DNA of 64,000 nucleotides from Solirubrobacterales bacterium (lineage in GTDB: Bacteria > Actinomycetota > Thermoleophilia > Solirubrobacterales > JACPNS01), in the NCBI GenBank assembly GCA_051306435.1, contig JBPPNF010000006.1, positions 834 through 64,833 of the forward strand, given 5' to 3'. The translations under genes and the position numbers were made by a program. Each line of letters starts with the position of its first letter. The stretch's first letter is position 1. The notes below the pieces were generated by a model. The model worked only from the letters and a program-made list of their open reading frames with translations, ran no database searches and was not told where the DNA came from. Shown in pieces: positions 1-9,885 of this stretch.

Positions 1-1036
1 CGCCGCGCGCCTTCCGCGCATGGACGGCGTGGCGATTCAGACCGAGGACGAGATCGCCGCCCTGGCATCCGTGCTCGGAGCAAGCTTCACCGGCGCCAAG
101 GCGATGACTGCCACATCGGGCCCGGGTCTTTCGTTGATGGCCGAGCTGATCGGACTCGCCGGCACCGCAGAACTTCCCGCAGTGATCATCGACGCCCAGC
201 GCGCCGGACCGTCAACGGGCATGCCCACAAAGACCGAGCAGAGCGACCTCAACCAGGCCGTCTACGGCTCGCACGGCGAGGCGCCGCGCGTGGTGATCGC
301 GCCGACGACCGTCGACGACTGCCTCGTCTGCACGGTGGACGCCTTCAACGCCGCCGAGACCTACCAGGTTCCGGTCATTCTCCTTTCCGACCAGTCGCTG
401 AGCCACCGCCTCGAGACGGTCGACCGACCAGACCTTTCGAAGATCGCGGTCGAGAACCGCACCACGCCCGGCAGCGACGCCGGCGACAAGCGCTACCAGC
501 GCTACGAGTTGACCGGGTCCGGCGTTTCGCCGATGGCGATTCCCGGCGGTCCCGGCGCGTACGTCTCAACCGGAATCGAGCACGACGAGCTCGGACACCC
601 CGGCTACACCCCCGAGCTGCACATCGCGATGCAGGACAAGCGGTTCAAGAAGCTCGATCCGCTGCGCGAGACCGGGCGGGTCACCGTCACCGGCCCCGAG
701 CAGGCGAAGGTCGGCATCCTCGGCTGGGGCTCGACCGAAGGCGCCGCAGTAGAAGCTGCAGAAATTCTCCGCGAGCGCGGAATCAGCGCCGCCACCTTCT
801 ATCCGCGCATCCTCATGCCGATGCCGGTCCGTCGCATTCAGGAGTGGGCCGAGAGCATGGAGACGATCTTCGTCCCAGAGGTCAACTACACCGGTCAGTT
901 CGCGCGGATGGTTCGCGCCGACTGCGGAATCGAAGTGATCACGCAGTCGCAGATCACCGGCTACCCCTTCACCGCCGCGGACATCGCGGACTTCATCGAG
1001 CAGCACGTACCCGCACCCGCCAAGGCAACGGCCTGA
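1..1036 (+). CDS. korA: 2-oxoacid:ferredoxin oxidoreductase alpha subunit, C-terminal part (5' end lies upstream of the window)
   Basis: The frame is open from nt 2 to the stop at 1036. The translation (SGPGLSLMAELIGLAGTAELPAVIIDAQRAGPSTGMPTKTEQSDL...) matches the conserved alpha-subunit core. The beta subunit follows 15 nt downstream. Confidence 0.85.
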   Translation, partial: AARLPRMDGVAIQTEDEIAALASVLGASFTGAKAMTATSGPGLSLMAELIGLAGTAELPAVIIDAQRAGPSTGMPTKTEQSDLNQAVYGSHGEAPRVVIAPTTVDDCLVCTVDAFNAAETYQVPVILLSDQSLSHRLETVDRPDLSKIAVENRTTPGSDAGDKRYQRYELTGSGVSPMAIPGGPGAYVSTGIEHDELGHPGYTPELHIAMQDKRFKKLDPLRETGRVTVTGPEQAKVGILGWGSTEGAAVEAAEILRERGISAATFYPRILMPMPVRRIQEWAESMETIFVPEVNYTGQFARMVRADCGIEVITQSQITGYPFTAADIADFIEQHVPAPAKATA

Positions 1037-1051
1037 CCAGGAGATAAACGG

Positions 1052-1903
1052 ATGACCACTGACCCAAAAGACTTCAAGTCAGATCTCAAGCCGATCTGGT
1101 GCCCGGGCTGCGGTGACTTCGGTGTTCTCGCCGCCGCGTACCGCGCCTTCGCAGAGCTCGACCTTGACCCGGACCGCACAGTCGTGGTCTCGGGCATCGG
1201 TTGCTCGAGCCGCTTCCCGGGTTTTGTCACGACCTACGGCTACCACGGTGTCCACGGCCGCGCGTTGCCGACGGCGATGGGCGTGAAGATGGCCAACCCC
1301 GAGCTTGAAGTGATCGCTGTCGGTGGCGACGGTGACGGCTTCGCGATCGGCGGCGGACACTTTCCGCACGCCGCACGGCGCAACATCGACATCACCTACA
1401 TCGTGATGGACAACGAGATCTACGGCCTGACCAAGGGCCAGGTGTCACCAACTTCGCTGCACGCACAGAAGTCACCGAGCTCGCCCTACGGCAACGTCGA
1501 GCAGCCGCTCAACACGATGGCCACGGCGATCGCTGCTGACGCATCGTTCGTCGCCCGCGGCGCCTCGTTCCGGCCGAAGGAGCTGACGGAGCTGGTGATC
1601 GCCGGCATGAGGAACCCCGGCTTCTCCTTCATCGACGCGTACTCACCGTGCACAGCCTTCAACAACACCACGCAGATCTGGAAGGACGAGGTCTCGCAGC
1701 TCGACGAGCAGCACGACCCGACCGACCGCGCCGCTGCTTTCGCTCACGCACTCGAAGACCCGATGGCCCTGGGCATCTTCTACAAGCACGAGCGCGCCAC
1801 GATGGCCGACCAGCTGCAGGCTCTGAAGGACAACGCAGAGCCCACGACGCCCGACGCGCTGCTCGACAGCTACGCGCTCGACGTCACAGTGTCATCGAGG
1901 TAG
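1052..1903 (+). CDS. korB: 2-oxoacid:ferredoxin oxidoreductase beta subunit (TPP-binding)
   Basis: Contains the N-terminal CPGCGDFGVL motif, GIGCSSRFP, and the GGDGDGFAIGGGH...MDNEIYGLTKGQ thiamine-diphosphate binding region typical of KorB/OorB. Confidence 0.88.
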   Translation: MTTDPKDFKSDLKPIWCPGCGDFGVLAAAYRAFAELDLDPDRTVVVSGIGCSSRFPGFVTTYGYHGVHGRALPTAMGVKMANPELEVIAVGGDGDGFAIGGGHFPHAARRNIDITYIVMDNEIYGLTKGQVSPTSLHAQKSPSSPYGNVEQPLNTMATAIAADASFVARGASFRPKELTELVIAGMRNPGFSFIDAYSPCTAFNNTTQIWKDEVSQLDEQHDPTDRAAAFAHALEDPMALGIFYKHERATMADQLQALKDNAEPTTPDALLDSYALDVTVSSR

Positions 1904-1925
1904 CAGCGCCAGTTGGCGCCCGGCG

Positions 1926-2495
1926 CTAGTTCGCGTCGAAGAAGTCGTCGTCGAACTGCGGCGTTGCGTCGATCGCGACGGTGCGCGTGTCTGCGGCCGG
2001 CGTGTTGTCGGCGCCGTTGACGACCTTCGCGTCGCTGAAGAGGTCGGCGGCGAGTCTGTAGCCGACTTCGTGGCGTCCGCGGCGCAGCGGCGAGAGCGTG
2101 ACGGTGTAGGTCTTGGTCGCGCCGGGCGCGAGCGGACCAAAGTTGAAGCTGCTTGCAAGCGCGGAGTTGTACGGCGTGACCTCGGCGTAGTTGACTTCAG
2201 AGGTCAGCCAGATCGGCCGAATTTCGGAAGCCGCGCCGACCTGCTTGACGCGCATGCGCAGGCCTTCGATCGTCGCGATCAACTGCGGGATCGGGCGCGT
2301 GTCGGTGTTGCGGATCTTCAGAACGAAGTCGGTGGGGGTGCCGAGGAACTGTCGCTTGGGGAACTTCCATTCCTCAACTGCGACGGTCCAGGTTCCGCTC
2401 GCAGCGTTCTTGTCCTGCGGTTCGCCGCTGCCGCAACCGGCGACCGAAATCGCAACCGCGGCAACGAGTGCCACTGTCAGCGAACGGGCGGGCAT
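1926..2495 (-). CDS. hypothetical lipoprotein
   Basis: The in-frame ATG at 2495 gives MPARSLTVALVAAVAISVAGCGSG, a signal peptide with a lipobox Cys. The longer ORF-track start at 2702 adds a non-protein-like extension. No recognisable family. Confidence 0.55.
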   Translation of the reverse strand: MPARSLTVALVAAVAISVAGCGSGEPQDKNAASGTWTVAVEEWKFPKRQFLGTPTDFVLKIRNTDTRPIPQLIATIEGLRMRVKQVGAASEIRPIWLTSEVNYAEVTPYNSALASSFNFGPLAPGATKTYTVTLSPLRRGRHEVGYRLAADLFSDAKVVNGADNTPAADTRTVAIDATPQFDDDFFDAN

Positions 2496-2766
2496 AAGCC
2501 ACGCAGAAATGTGCTCAGACTCCTCCACAGTCAAGACCGCTCGCAAGATACCACCAGCATGAGCAGCAAACTGCACGAACCCTGATGGCTCTGCAGGATT
2601 TGGGTACGAAACACGAAACTCGCCTAGATATGATCTGCATTCGGAATTTGGGGACCTGACCCGTCGTGTTGCACAGGAGCAGACGCCGCGGGGTCTGGGC
2701 AACTGCTGGGATAGCGAAAAGGATGGCCGCTTTGAATGCTGCCGTGAGGAATTACGGGGCGTCGAC

Positions 2767-3567
2767 GTGAACTACGCGTCGAAGTTGTATGACGCAGTAA
2801 GGGAATTTCTCGTCGAGATCGGCGAGATGGTGATCCTTGGCGGAAGGACGATCGTCTCGGCGGCCAGGCCTCCGTATCCCTACGGCGGTGAGTTCGTCCA
2901 GCAATTTCTCTTCGCGCTGAAGCTCTGCTGGTTCCCGCTGGTCGTCTCGACGATCGCGCTCGGCTACGGTGCGCCCGGCCTGCAGGCCGCAAACATTTTC
3001 ACGATCCTCGGATCGATCGACCGCCTCGGTGGATTCTTCGTGCTCGCATCGATCCGCGAGTTCGCACCGTTCGTCACCGCGGTCGTCATGGCCGGCGTTG
3101 CCGGCACGGCGATCACCGCCGACCTCGGAGCGCGCAAGATCCGCGACGAGCTCGACGCGCTCGCGGTGCTCGGTGTTGACGCGATCAAGAACCTCGTCGT
3201 CCCGCGCTTCTTCGCGCTGATGATCCTCACCGGACTCTTCGACGTCTTCGCGCTGGTGCTCGGCGTATCGGGCGGAGTCATCGCCACGCTCGTCAACGGC
3301 GCGCCGCTCGGTCCGTTCTGGGCAACCTTCTTCACCAACGCGTCCGTCACCGACCTCTGGGGTTCGATCGTCAAGACCACGGTCTTCGGCGCGATCATCG
3401 CGATCGTCTGTTGCTACAAAGGAATGAACGCGCAGGGCGGTGCCGAGGGCGTCGGCCGCGCGGTCAACCAGGCAGTGGTCATCGCCTTCATCGGCGTTTT
3501 CGCGTTCAACATCGTCTTCACGCAGGCGCTCCTGGCAACCAATCCCGAGATCACGCAGATCAGGTAG
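2767..3567 (+). CDS. yrbEA: Mce-system ABC permease, YrbE/MlaE family (A copy)
   Basis: GTG start. Multi-TM protein with FAPFVTAVVMAGVAGTAITADLGARKIRDELDALAVLGVD, the MlaE/YrbE signature. First gene of the mce operon. Confidence 0.88.
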   Translation: MNYASKLYDAVREFLVEIGEMVILGGRTIVSAARPPYPYGGEFVQQFLFALKLCWFPLVVSTIALGYGAPGLQAANIFTILGSIDRLGGFFVLASIREFAPFVTAVVMAGVAGTAITADLGARKIRDELDALAVLGVDAIKNLVVPRFFALMILTGLFDVFALVLGVSGGVIATLVNGAPLGPFWATFFTNASVTDLWGSIVKTTVFGAIIAIVCCYKGMNAQGGAEGVGRAVNQAVVIAFIGVFAFNIVFTQALLATNPEITQIR

Positions 3568-3573
3568 GCAGCA

Positions 3574-4371
3574 ATGGTCGGCGCACGCAACAGGATTGAG
3601 CAGTGGATCGAGGACTTCGGTCGCGTCGTGAAGTTCGGCTCGGAAGTCGTTGTCGACATCTTCAACGGTCGCGTGATGACCTTCTTCGGCGAGACGCTGC
3701 GCCAGGCCGGCGTGTTGATCATCGGATCGGCCGTCGTCATCTGGACCCTGATGTTCTTCGTCGGCCTGCAGTGCGGCATCGAGGGTGCCTATTCACTGCG
3801 CGCATTCGGTGCTCCCGCATACGCCGGAGTCTTCACCGCGTGGTGCGACCTCCGAGAGATCGCCCCGTACGCGTTCGGCTACATGATGTGCGCCAAGGTC
3901 GGTACCGGAATCGTCGCCGAGATCGGCTCGATGCGCATCAACGACGAAATCGACGCGCTCGAGGTCATGGGCATCGACTCGGTGCTCTTCCTCGCGTCCA
4001 CGAGGCTGTTTGCCTCATGGCTCGTTCTTCCCTTCCTTTACGTCACCGGAGTCGCCGGTGCGTTCGTCGCTTCCTATCTGGCGGTGGTCCAGCAGGTCGG
4101 TGATGTTTCCAGCGGTTCGTACTCGTTGATCTTCTGGCTCTTCCAGAACCCACCAGACCTCTTGTTCAGCTTGATCAAGGCGATGGTGATGGCGACATTC
4201 ATCGTGATCATTGCCTGTTACTACGGGTACAACGTTTCCGGAGGACCGGTCGGCGTGGGCACCGCCACGGCCAAGTCGATGGTCGCAAACATCGTTGTCG
4301 TCCACCTCGTGGGAATGATGGGCACGGTCTTTTTCTGGGGGGCGAACCCACGCGCCCCGATTGGAGGGTGA
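3574..4371 (+). CDS. yrbEB: Mce-system ABC permease, YrbE/MlaE family (B copy)
   Basis: Paralog of the preceding gene, with IGSMRINDEIDALEVMGIDS. Lies 6 nt after yrbEA. Confidence 0.88.
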   Translation: MVGARNRIEQWIEDFGRVVKFGSEVVVDIFNGRVMTFFGETLRQAGVLIIGSAVVIWTLMFFVGLQCGIEGAYSLRAFGAPAYAGVFTAWCDLREIAPYAFGYMMCAKVGTGIVAEIGSMRINDEIDALEVMGIDSVLFLASTRLFASWLVLPFLYVTGVAGAFVASYLAVVQQVGDVSSGSYSLIFWLFQNPPDLLFSLIKAMVMATFIVIIACYYGYNVSGGPVGVGTATAKSMVANIVVVHLVGMMGTVFFWGANPRAPIGG

Positions 4372-4427
4372 CCGTGGAGTCATTGGCAATGCAAAGTTGT
4401 GCTTGTTTTGAGCAGCGAAGCGTCCGC

Positions 4428-4456
4428 TTGACGAACGGGTTTGAATACGCGATTAT
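4428..4456 (+). promoter_or_regulatory. candidate internal sigma70-type promoter (TTGACG-N17-GATTAT) in front of mceG
   Basis: TTGACG lies at 4428-4433 and GATTAT at 4451-4456, with a 17-nt spacer. The predicted TSS falls at about the GTG at 4463, which would give a leaderless or near-leaderless mRNA. Sequence pattern only. Confidence 0.3.
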
Positions 4457-4462
4457 CGAAAG

Positions 4463-5503
4463 GTGGCGTCAGCCATGACGGAGAAAAACCTCGGGCCAGG
4501 TCAGGACGACTCAGGGGCCCGCAGCGAGGAAGCTGTGACGGAAGCTCAGAATTCAGGGGAAGGTGATCGATTCGTCGATCCGCAAACCGGCGAATCTTTC
4601 CCGACCGCACTGCCGCCCGAGCGGCGACCAGTTGAACCGACGATCCATCTGGATGAGTTCGGCAACCGCATTCCCCCGAACGCGCCCGGCTACGAGCACG
4701 CCGGCCCCTACGATTTTCACTCCCAGACCGTCCGCGAGCACGGCGCTCAGCGCAGCGCGATCCAGTTCATCGACGTGCACAAGGCCTTTGGTCGAAACAA
4801 GGTTCTGAACGGCCTCAACCTCGACATTCCCGAGGACCAGATCTCGATGATCCTCGGACCGTCCGGTACGGGCAAGTCGGTCTGCATCAAGCACATGGTC
4901 GGCCTGCTCTACCCGGACCAGGGCGATGTGCTCGTGCACGGCGAGTCCGTGCCCAACATGGCCAGCGACCGCCTCTTCGAGGTGCGCAAGAAGTTCGGCG
5001 TGCTCTTCCAGGACGGCGCGCTCTTCGGCTCGATGAATCTCTTTGACAACGTGGCCTTCCCGCTGCGCCAACACACCGACAAGTCCGAGGCCGATGTGAC
5101 AGAGATCGTCTCGCGGCGCCTGAAGGAAGTCGGTCTGGGCAATGACGGGGACAAGATGCCCAACGAGCTCTCGGGTGGAATGCGCAAGCGCGCAGGTTTT
5201 GCCCGTGCCCTGGTGCTCGATCCCGACATCGTGTTGTTCGATGAGCCGGACTCCGGCCTCGATCCGGTCCGCACGGCGCTCCTGTGTGACCTGATCCAGG
5301 AGATCCACAACGAGAACGGCGGCGCCTACGTCGTCATCACCCACGACATTCTCTCCGCGAGGCGCGTGGCCGAGCACATCGCGCTGCTCTGGAAGGGCCG
5401 CATCGTCGACGCCGGCCCGGCCAAGGAGCTTTTCGTTTCGGAGAACCCATTCGTAAAGCAGTTCCTCACCGGCGACGCAGCCGGACCCCTGGGCATGGAG
5501 TAA
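4463..5503 (+). CDS. mceG: Mce-system ABC ATPase (MceG/Mkl/MlaF-like) with ~95-aa low-complexity N-terminal extension
   Basis: Walker A GPSGTGKS, signature LSGGMRKR and Walker B LFDEPDSGLD are present. The core begins near IQFIDVHKAFG. Alternative start: ATG 4475, preceded by AAGGTGG. Confidence 0.88.
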   Translation: MASAMTEKNLGPGQDDSGARSEEAVTEAQNSGEGDRFVDPQTGESFPTALPPERRPVEPTIHLDEFGNRIPPNAPGYEHAGPYDFHSQTVREHGAQRSAIQFIDVHKAFGRNKVLNGLNLDIPEDQISMILGPSGTGKSVCIKHMVGLLYPDQGDVLVHGESVPNMASDRLFEVRKKFGVLFQDGALFGSMNLFDNVAFPLRQHTDKSEADVTEIVSRRLKEVGLGNDGDKMPNELSGGMRKRAGFARALVLDPDIVLFDEPDSGLDPVRTALLCDLIQEIHNENGGAYVVITHDILSARRVAEHIALLWKGRIVDAGPAKELFVSENPFVKQFLTGDAAGPLGME

Positions 5504-5629
5504 GTCAGACCAGGTGTTTCGAAAACTTCGTCAGCAATCGCGGGCCAGCATGGCCGCACACGGCGCCCCCTCGGAGGGGCGCTTGGCGCGTCTACGGGCG
5601 GTCGCTTCCGGCCGCACGACTGCGGGTGA

Positions 5630-7003
5630 TTGCGCGTGGTGACTCAGCGTCAGAGGCAGGCCGTGATCGGCGCGCTCATCGTCGCGGTGCTGATCGTCAT
5701 CTGGCTGGTCATGCGTGGCGGCAGCTACGAGGTGAACGCCCGCTTCGAGACCGGCGGACAGCTGGTCAAGGGCGCAAACGTGACCGTCGGCGGCAAGGCG
5801 ATCGGCACGGTCGAATCGATCACGCTGACCGACGGCAACCAGGCCAACGTGAAGATGAAGATCAACGACGAGTCGCTTGATCCGCTGCACCGCGGCACCA
5901 CGGCCACGATCCGCCAGTTCTCGCTCTCAGGTGTCGCCAACCGCTTCGTCGCGGTTGCGCCCGGCCCGAACAACGCCCCCGAGATTCCCGACGGAGGAGT
6001 CATCGAGGCAGACGACACTGAGTCCCCGGTCGACCTCGACCAGCTCCTGAACAGCTTCACGCCCAACGTCACCAAGGGTCTCCAGGGCTTCATCAAGGGC
6101 AGCGCCGCGCAGTACAAGGACGACCCGTCCACACCGCTCAACGAAACCGCTTACGGCAACCAGGCGCTGCGCTACATCGCGCCGTTCTTCGACGCCGGCG
6201 CGCGCCTCGCGCACTCGGTCGCCAAGGACGACGAGACCCTCGCCAGCTTCCTGATCGTTTCTGATCGCGCCACGACAACCTTGGCCGAGCAGAAGGAACA
6301 GATCAAGGCGATGTTCACGAACCTGACTCGGTTCACCACCGCCGTTTCGTCTGAGTCGGAAGAGCTCGACAAGGCGCTCGCGATCCTGCCGACGACGTTG
6401 CGTGAGGGCACGATTGCCTTCCGTCAGCTGCGGCCGACATTTGCGGCGCTGGAGAATCTTTCTGACAAGTCGGATCCGATCGGCAAGAACGGCGGGGACG
6501 GACTCGCGGAGTTGTTCATCAAGCTGAAGCCGCTGATTGACAACTCGGAGCCGACGCTCGGCTACCTGCGTGAGATGGTCAAGCAGGGCGGCAAGAACAA
6601 CGACTTGACAGACCTCTTCGCCGGCCAGCCCTCGCTGACCAAGAAGGCGAAGACTGCGTTTCCGAACTCAACCTCTGCGATGCAGACTGGGCAGATTGTG
6701 TTGCAGTTCTTGCGGCCGTACACGCCGGAACTGACGAGTTGGTTCTCGCGATTTGGCCAGATCGCCGCGAACTACGACGCCAACGGGCACTACGTGCGCG
6801 TGGCGACGCAAACAGGAAACTTCAAGCTCAACGGCAGTGGCGAGCTGACTCCCAGCAATGACCAGTCGCTCGCAGAGTACGGCAAGACGGGCACCTCGCA
6901 TTGTCCCGGCTCCGGAGCACAGCCTGCCGGCGACGGCTCGAACCCGTTCACTGCCGGCGGAGCGCTCGACTGTGACGCTTCAAACCAGATCCCGGGCCCG
7001 TAG
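5630..7003 (+). CDS. MCE-family protein (MlaD domain), 1 of 6
   Basis: N-terminal TM helix followed by an MlaD-type beta-barrel motif (GANVTVGGKAIGTVESITL) and a long helical C-terminal region. TTG start. Confidence 0.85.
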   Translation: MRVVTQRQRQAVIGALIVAVLIVIWLVMRGGSYEVNARFETGGQLVKGANVTVGGKAIGTVESITLTDGNQANVKMKINDESLDPLHRGTTATIRQFSLSGVANRFVAVAPGPNNAPEIPDGGVIEADDTESPVDLDQLLNSFTPNVTKGLQGFIKGSAAQYKDDPSTPLNETAYGNQALRYIAPFFDAGARLAHSVAKDDETLASFLIVSDRATTTLAEQKEQIKAMFTNLTRFTTAVSSESEELDKALAILPTTLREGTIAFRQLRPTFAALENLSDKSDPIGKNGGDGLAELFIKLKPLIDNSEPTLGYLREMVKQGGKNNDLTDLFAGQPSLTKKAKTAFPNSTSAMQTGQIVLQFLRPYTPELTSWFSRFGQIAANYDANGHYVRVATQTGNFKLNGSGELTPSNDQSLAEYGKTGTSHCPGSGAQPAGDGSNPFTAGGALDCDASNQIPGP

Positions 7004-7006
7004 GAC

Positions 7007-8401
7007 ATGAACGCGCAGCAACGGACATCTCGATTCTTTGCAGCGGTCACGCCAGGTCGGCTGACGGCACGATCTCGTCGAATTGCGGTGCTCTGCCTGA
7101 TCGTCGCTGCAGCTTCGATCGTCGTCATCTCATCTGTAGGTGCCGGAGCTGGCGACAGCTACAAGGTTCGCATCGTCTTTGTCAACTCTGCGGGAATCAC
7201 GGAGGGTGCTGACGTGCGTGTCGCTGGAGCCAACGTCGGAAGCATTGAGGGGATCTACGCCGGCAAGAACGGACTCGCATCCGTGGTCGTGAACATCACC
7301 GACCCCGCTTTCCAGCGCTTTTACGCCGACGCCAGATGCCGCATCCGCCTGCAGTCACTGATCGGTGAGAAGTTCATCGACTGCGACCCGGGCACGCCGT
7401 CCAAAGAAGAGATCGCAGTTGACCCTGCTGACGACGAGCGCCGCATCCTCCCGAGCAGCCAGACAAGTTCGCCGGTGGATCCGGACGAACTGCTCAACGC
7501 AATGCGCGAGCCGCAGCGCGAACGTTTCCGCGTGATCATCAACGAACTCGGCATCACCCTGACTGGTCGCGGTCAAGACCTGCAGGACATTCTTGACCGC
7601 TTTGACCCGACCTTCTTGAACGTCAACAAGATCCTGAAGATCCTTGCCAAGGAGAACCGCAACCTGATCCGCCTTGCGGAGGATGGCGACAAGTCACTCA
7701 AGCAGTTGGCCGAGAACCGCGACAGCATCGTCGGGCTGTTCAAGAATGCAGATCAAGCTTCACGCGCGACCAACGCCAAGCAGCAGGAGCTGGCCGAGAC
7801 ACTTCAGCGCCTACCTGCATTCCTTGATGAGCTCGAGCAGACGGCGCCAGTGCTTGAGAACTTCGCAAATCAGGCGGCGCCAGTGGCGGCCGCGACCCGT
7901 GCGGCCTCGGCTGATCTCTCCGAGTTTGTGACCGGTACCAACGAGTTCGTCGAATCGGCGAACCCTGCGTTGAAGCGCTTCGGAGACACCGCCGACGTGT
8001 TTCGCGCCCAGATTCCAGCGTTGCAGCCGGTCGCAGCAACTTTGAAAACGATCGGGGACAACCGGTCTTCGGTCACAAACCTGAAGAAGCTGCTCCAGAG
8101 CTTCGGCGATGACCAGAACGGCTACGCGAACCTCGCTTCGATGGCAATCGGCCTCGTCGGAGCGGGCAATGGAACCAACTCATTGGGACACTTCTTGCGC
8201 TCTGCGGCGGTGCTTCAGGGCTCTTGCCTCAGTTACGTTCAGAAAAGCAACGCCGGCTGCATGGCGAACTTCTCCGAAGACCGCGCCGGCAGCAACACCG
8301 AGCCATCCGCGAAGGAGACCGCTCCGCCCACGAAGTCCAGCGCGTCGAGTCTGTCGTCCGATGCTGCGGCGCTTGACTATCTGCTCGGGAGCGAGAACTG
8401 A
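7007..8401 (+). CDS. MCE-family protein, 2 of 6
   Basis: TM helix plus MlaD motif (GADVRVAGANVGSIEGIY). Lies 3 nt after the previous gene. Confidence 0.85.
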   Translation: MNAQQRTSRFFAAVTPGRLTARSRRIAVLCLIVAAASIVVISSVGAGAGDSYKVRIVFVNSAGITEGADVRVAGANVGSIEGIYAGKNGLASVVVNITDPAFQRFYADARCRIRLQSLIGEKFIDCDPGTPSKEEIAVDPADDERRILPSSQTSSPVDPDELLNAMREPQRERFRVIINELGITLTGRGQDLQDILDRFDPTFLNVNKILKILAKENRNLIRLAEDGDKSLKQLAENRDSIVGLFKNADQASRATNAKQQELAETLQRLPAFLDELEQTAPVLENFANQAAPVAAATRAASADLSEFVTGTNEFVESANPALKRFGDTADVFRAQIPALQPVAATLKTIGDNRSSVTNLKKLLQSFGDDQNGYANLASMAIGLVGAGNGTNSLGHFLRSAAVLQGSCLSYVQKSNAGCMANFSEDRAGSNTEPSAKETAPPTKSSASSLSSDAAALDYLLGSEN

Positions 8402-9885
8402 TGCGTCGCCAGGGTGTCGCAGACAACCCGGTTCTGGTCGGTGCCGGCGCGATCCTCGTAATGCTCGTGATGATCCTCCTGAGCTACAACGCGACCACGG
8501 GGCTCCCGTTCGTCCCGACCTACAACATCACCGCTGAGGTTCCCAACGGTGCAGCACTCGTGAAGGGAAATGAAGTGCGTATCGGTGGCGCTCGCGTCGG
8601 CATAGTCACGTCGATCACCCCGGTGGAGGGAGAGGTCGACGGCAAGACCAGCTATCACGCTCAACTTGCGCTGAAGCTCGACAAGAACATTGGACCGATT
8701 CCGGAAAACTCTCGGGTGGAAGTGCGTCCGAAGTCAACGATCGGCTTGAAGTATGTCGAACTGACGCTTGGGGACTCATCTCAAACGATCGCCAACGGCG
8801 GCAACCTCCCGCTCAGCCAGGCCACGGTTGCCACTGAGTTCGAGGATCTTCTGAACACCTTCGATGAGCGAGTTCGAGAAGGAAACAAACGGTCGCTTCA
8901 GGAGTTCGGAAACGCTTTCGCCGGTCGTGGCGCTGACCTGAATGTCGCATTTGGCGAGTTGGGCCCGCTGTTCCAGAATCTGGAGCCGGTTGCGCGCACC
9001 ATTTCCGACCCGGCAGCTCGACTTGGTGACTTCATCGCGGCTCTCGCTCAGGTAACCCACGACACCGCCGTAACCGGCGACCAGGCAGGCGAAGTGTTTG
9101 TCAACGCGGATCGCACTTTCGCAGCATTTGCAGCAGCTTCGAACGGCATTCAGGAGAGCCTCGAGGAGTCCCCAGCGACTCTCGCGGTCCTGACTGAGAA
9201 CTTCCCTGCCGAGCGCCAGTACGTCCGCCAGCTGACCGGGCTCGTCGAGAAGTTCCAACCTGGAGCGCCGTATCTGCCGTCTGTTTCCGCCAACCTCGCG
9301 GAGATCACTCGCAATGGACCGTCCGCGTTCGACAAGCTCTACCGGACAACACCGGCTTTCAACAAGACCCTGACCAAGCTCGGGGAGTTCGCTGCCGATC
9401 AACAGGTTCGACTTGGCCTGAACGGGCTTCGCAACTTCGTCGTGACGATCAACAAGCCGCTCAAGTACGTCACGCCTGCGCAAACGACCTGCAACTACTT
9501 TGGCCTCTTCGCTCGCAACATCGCTTCGACCGTTTCGTCACGAGACAACGGTGTGGGATGGCTGCGATTCGGAATCGTCGGCGGTTGGCCCAATCCGGCT
9601 CCGAGGGCCAACAGTGAAGTCGGGCCGGCGAACGGTGTCGCATCCTTCGCGCAGAATCTCACTGGTCAGGAGGCGTCCGATTTCCTTCAGACCAACGGCT
9701 ACCCGACCACGGGGCAGAACAACGTCTGTGGAGCTGGCAATGAAGTCAGCAAGGGCAAGAACGTTGATACCGGTACTGGAACTCTGCCGCAGAGGCCCAC
9801 ACTTCAGCAACCGGGTGGAATCCGAAGCGGCAAGACGACTGAAGACACGCAAGCGATCGGCTCCGACCAGGTGCGAACCAAATGA
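8401..9885 (+). CDS. MCE-family protein, 3 of 6
   Basis: TM helix plus MlaD motif (GNEVRIGGARVGIVTSIT). The start overlaps the upstream stop by 1 nt. Confidence 0.85.
   Translation: MRRQGVADNPVLVGAGAILVMLVMILLSYNATTGLPFVPTYNITAEVPNGAALVKGNEVRIGGARVGIVTSITPVEGEVDGKTSYHAQLALKLDKNIGPIPENSRVEVRPKSTIGLKYVELTLGDSSQTIANGGNLPLSQATVATEFEDLLNTFDERVREGNKRSLQEFGNAFAGRGADLNVAFGELGPLFQNLEPVARTISDPAARLGDFIAALAQVTHDTAVTGDQAGEVFVNADRTFAAFAAASNGIQESLEESPATLAVLTENFPAERQYVRQLTGLVEKFQPGAPYLPSVSANLAEITRNGPSAFDKLYRTTPAFNKTLTKLGEFAADQQVRLGLNGLRNFVVTINKPLKYVTPAQTTCNYFGLFARNIASTVSSRDNGVGWLRFGIVGGWPNPAPRANSEVGPANGVASFAQNLTGQEASDFLQTNGYPTTGQNNVCGAGNEVSKGKNVDTGTGTLPQRPTLQQPGGIRSGKTTEDTQAIGSDQVRTK

Noticed and set aside
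5563-5582. Hairpin GCGCCCC-CTCGGA-GGGGCGC between mceG and the first mce gene (possible attenuator)
   Set aside because: It has a 7-bp stem and no U-tract. It is plausible as an mRNA-stabilising structure, but that cannot be supported from sequence alone.
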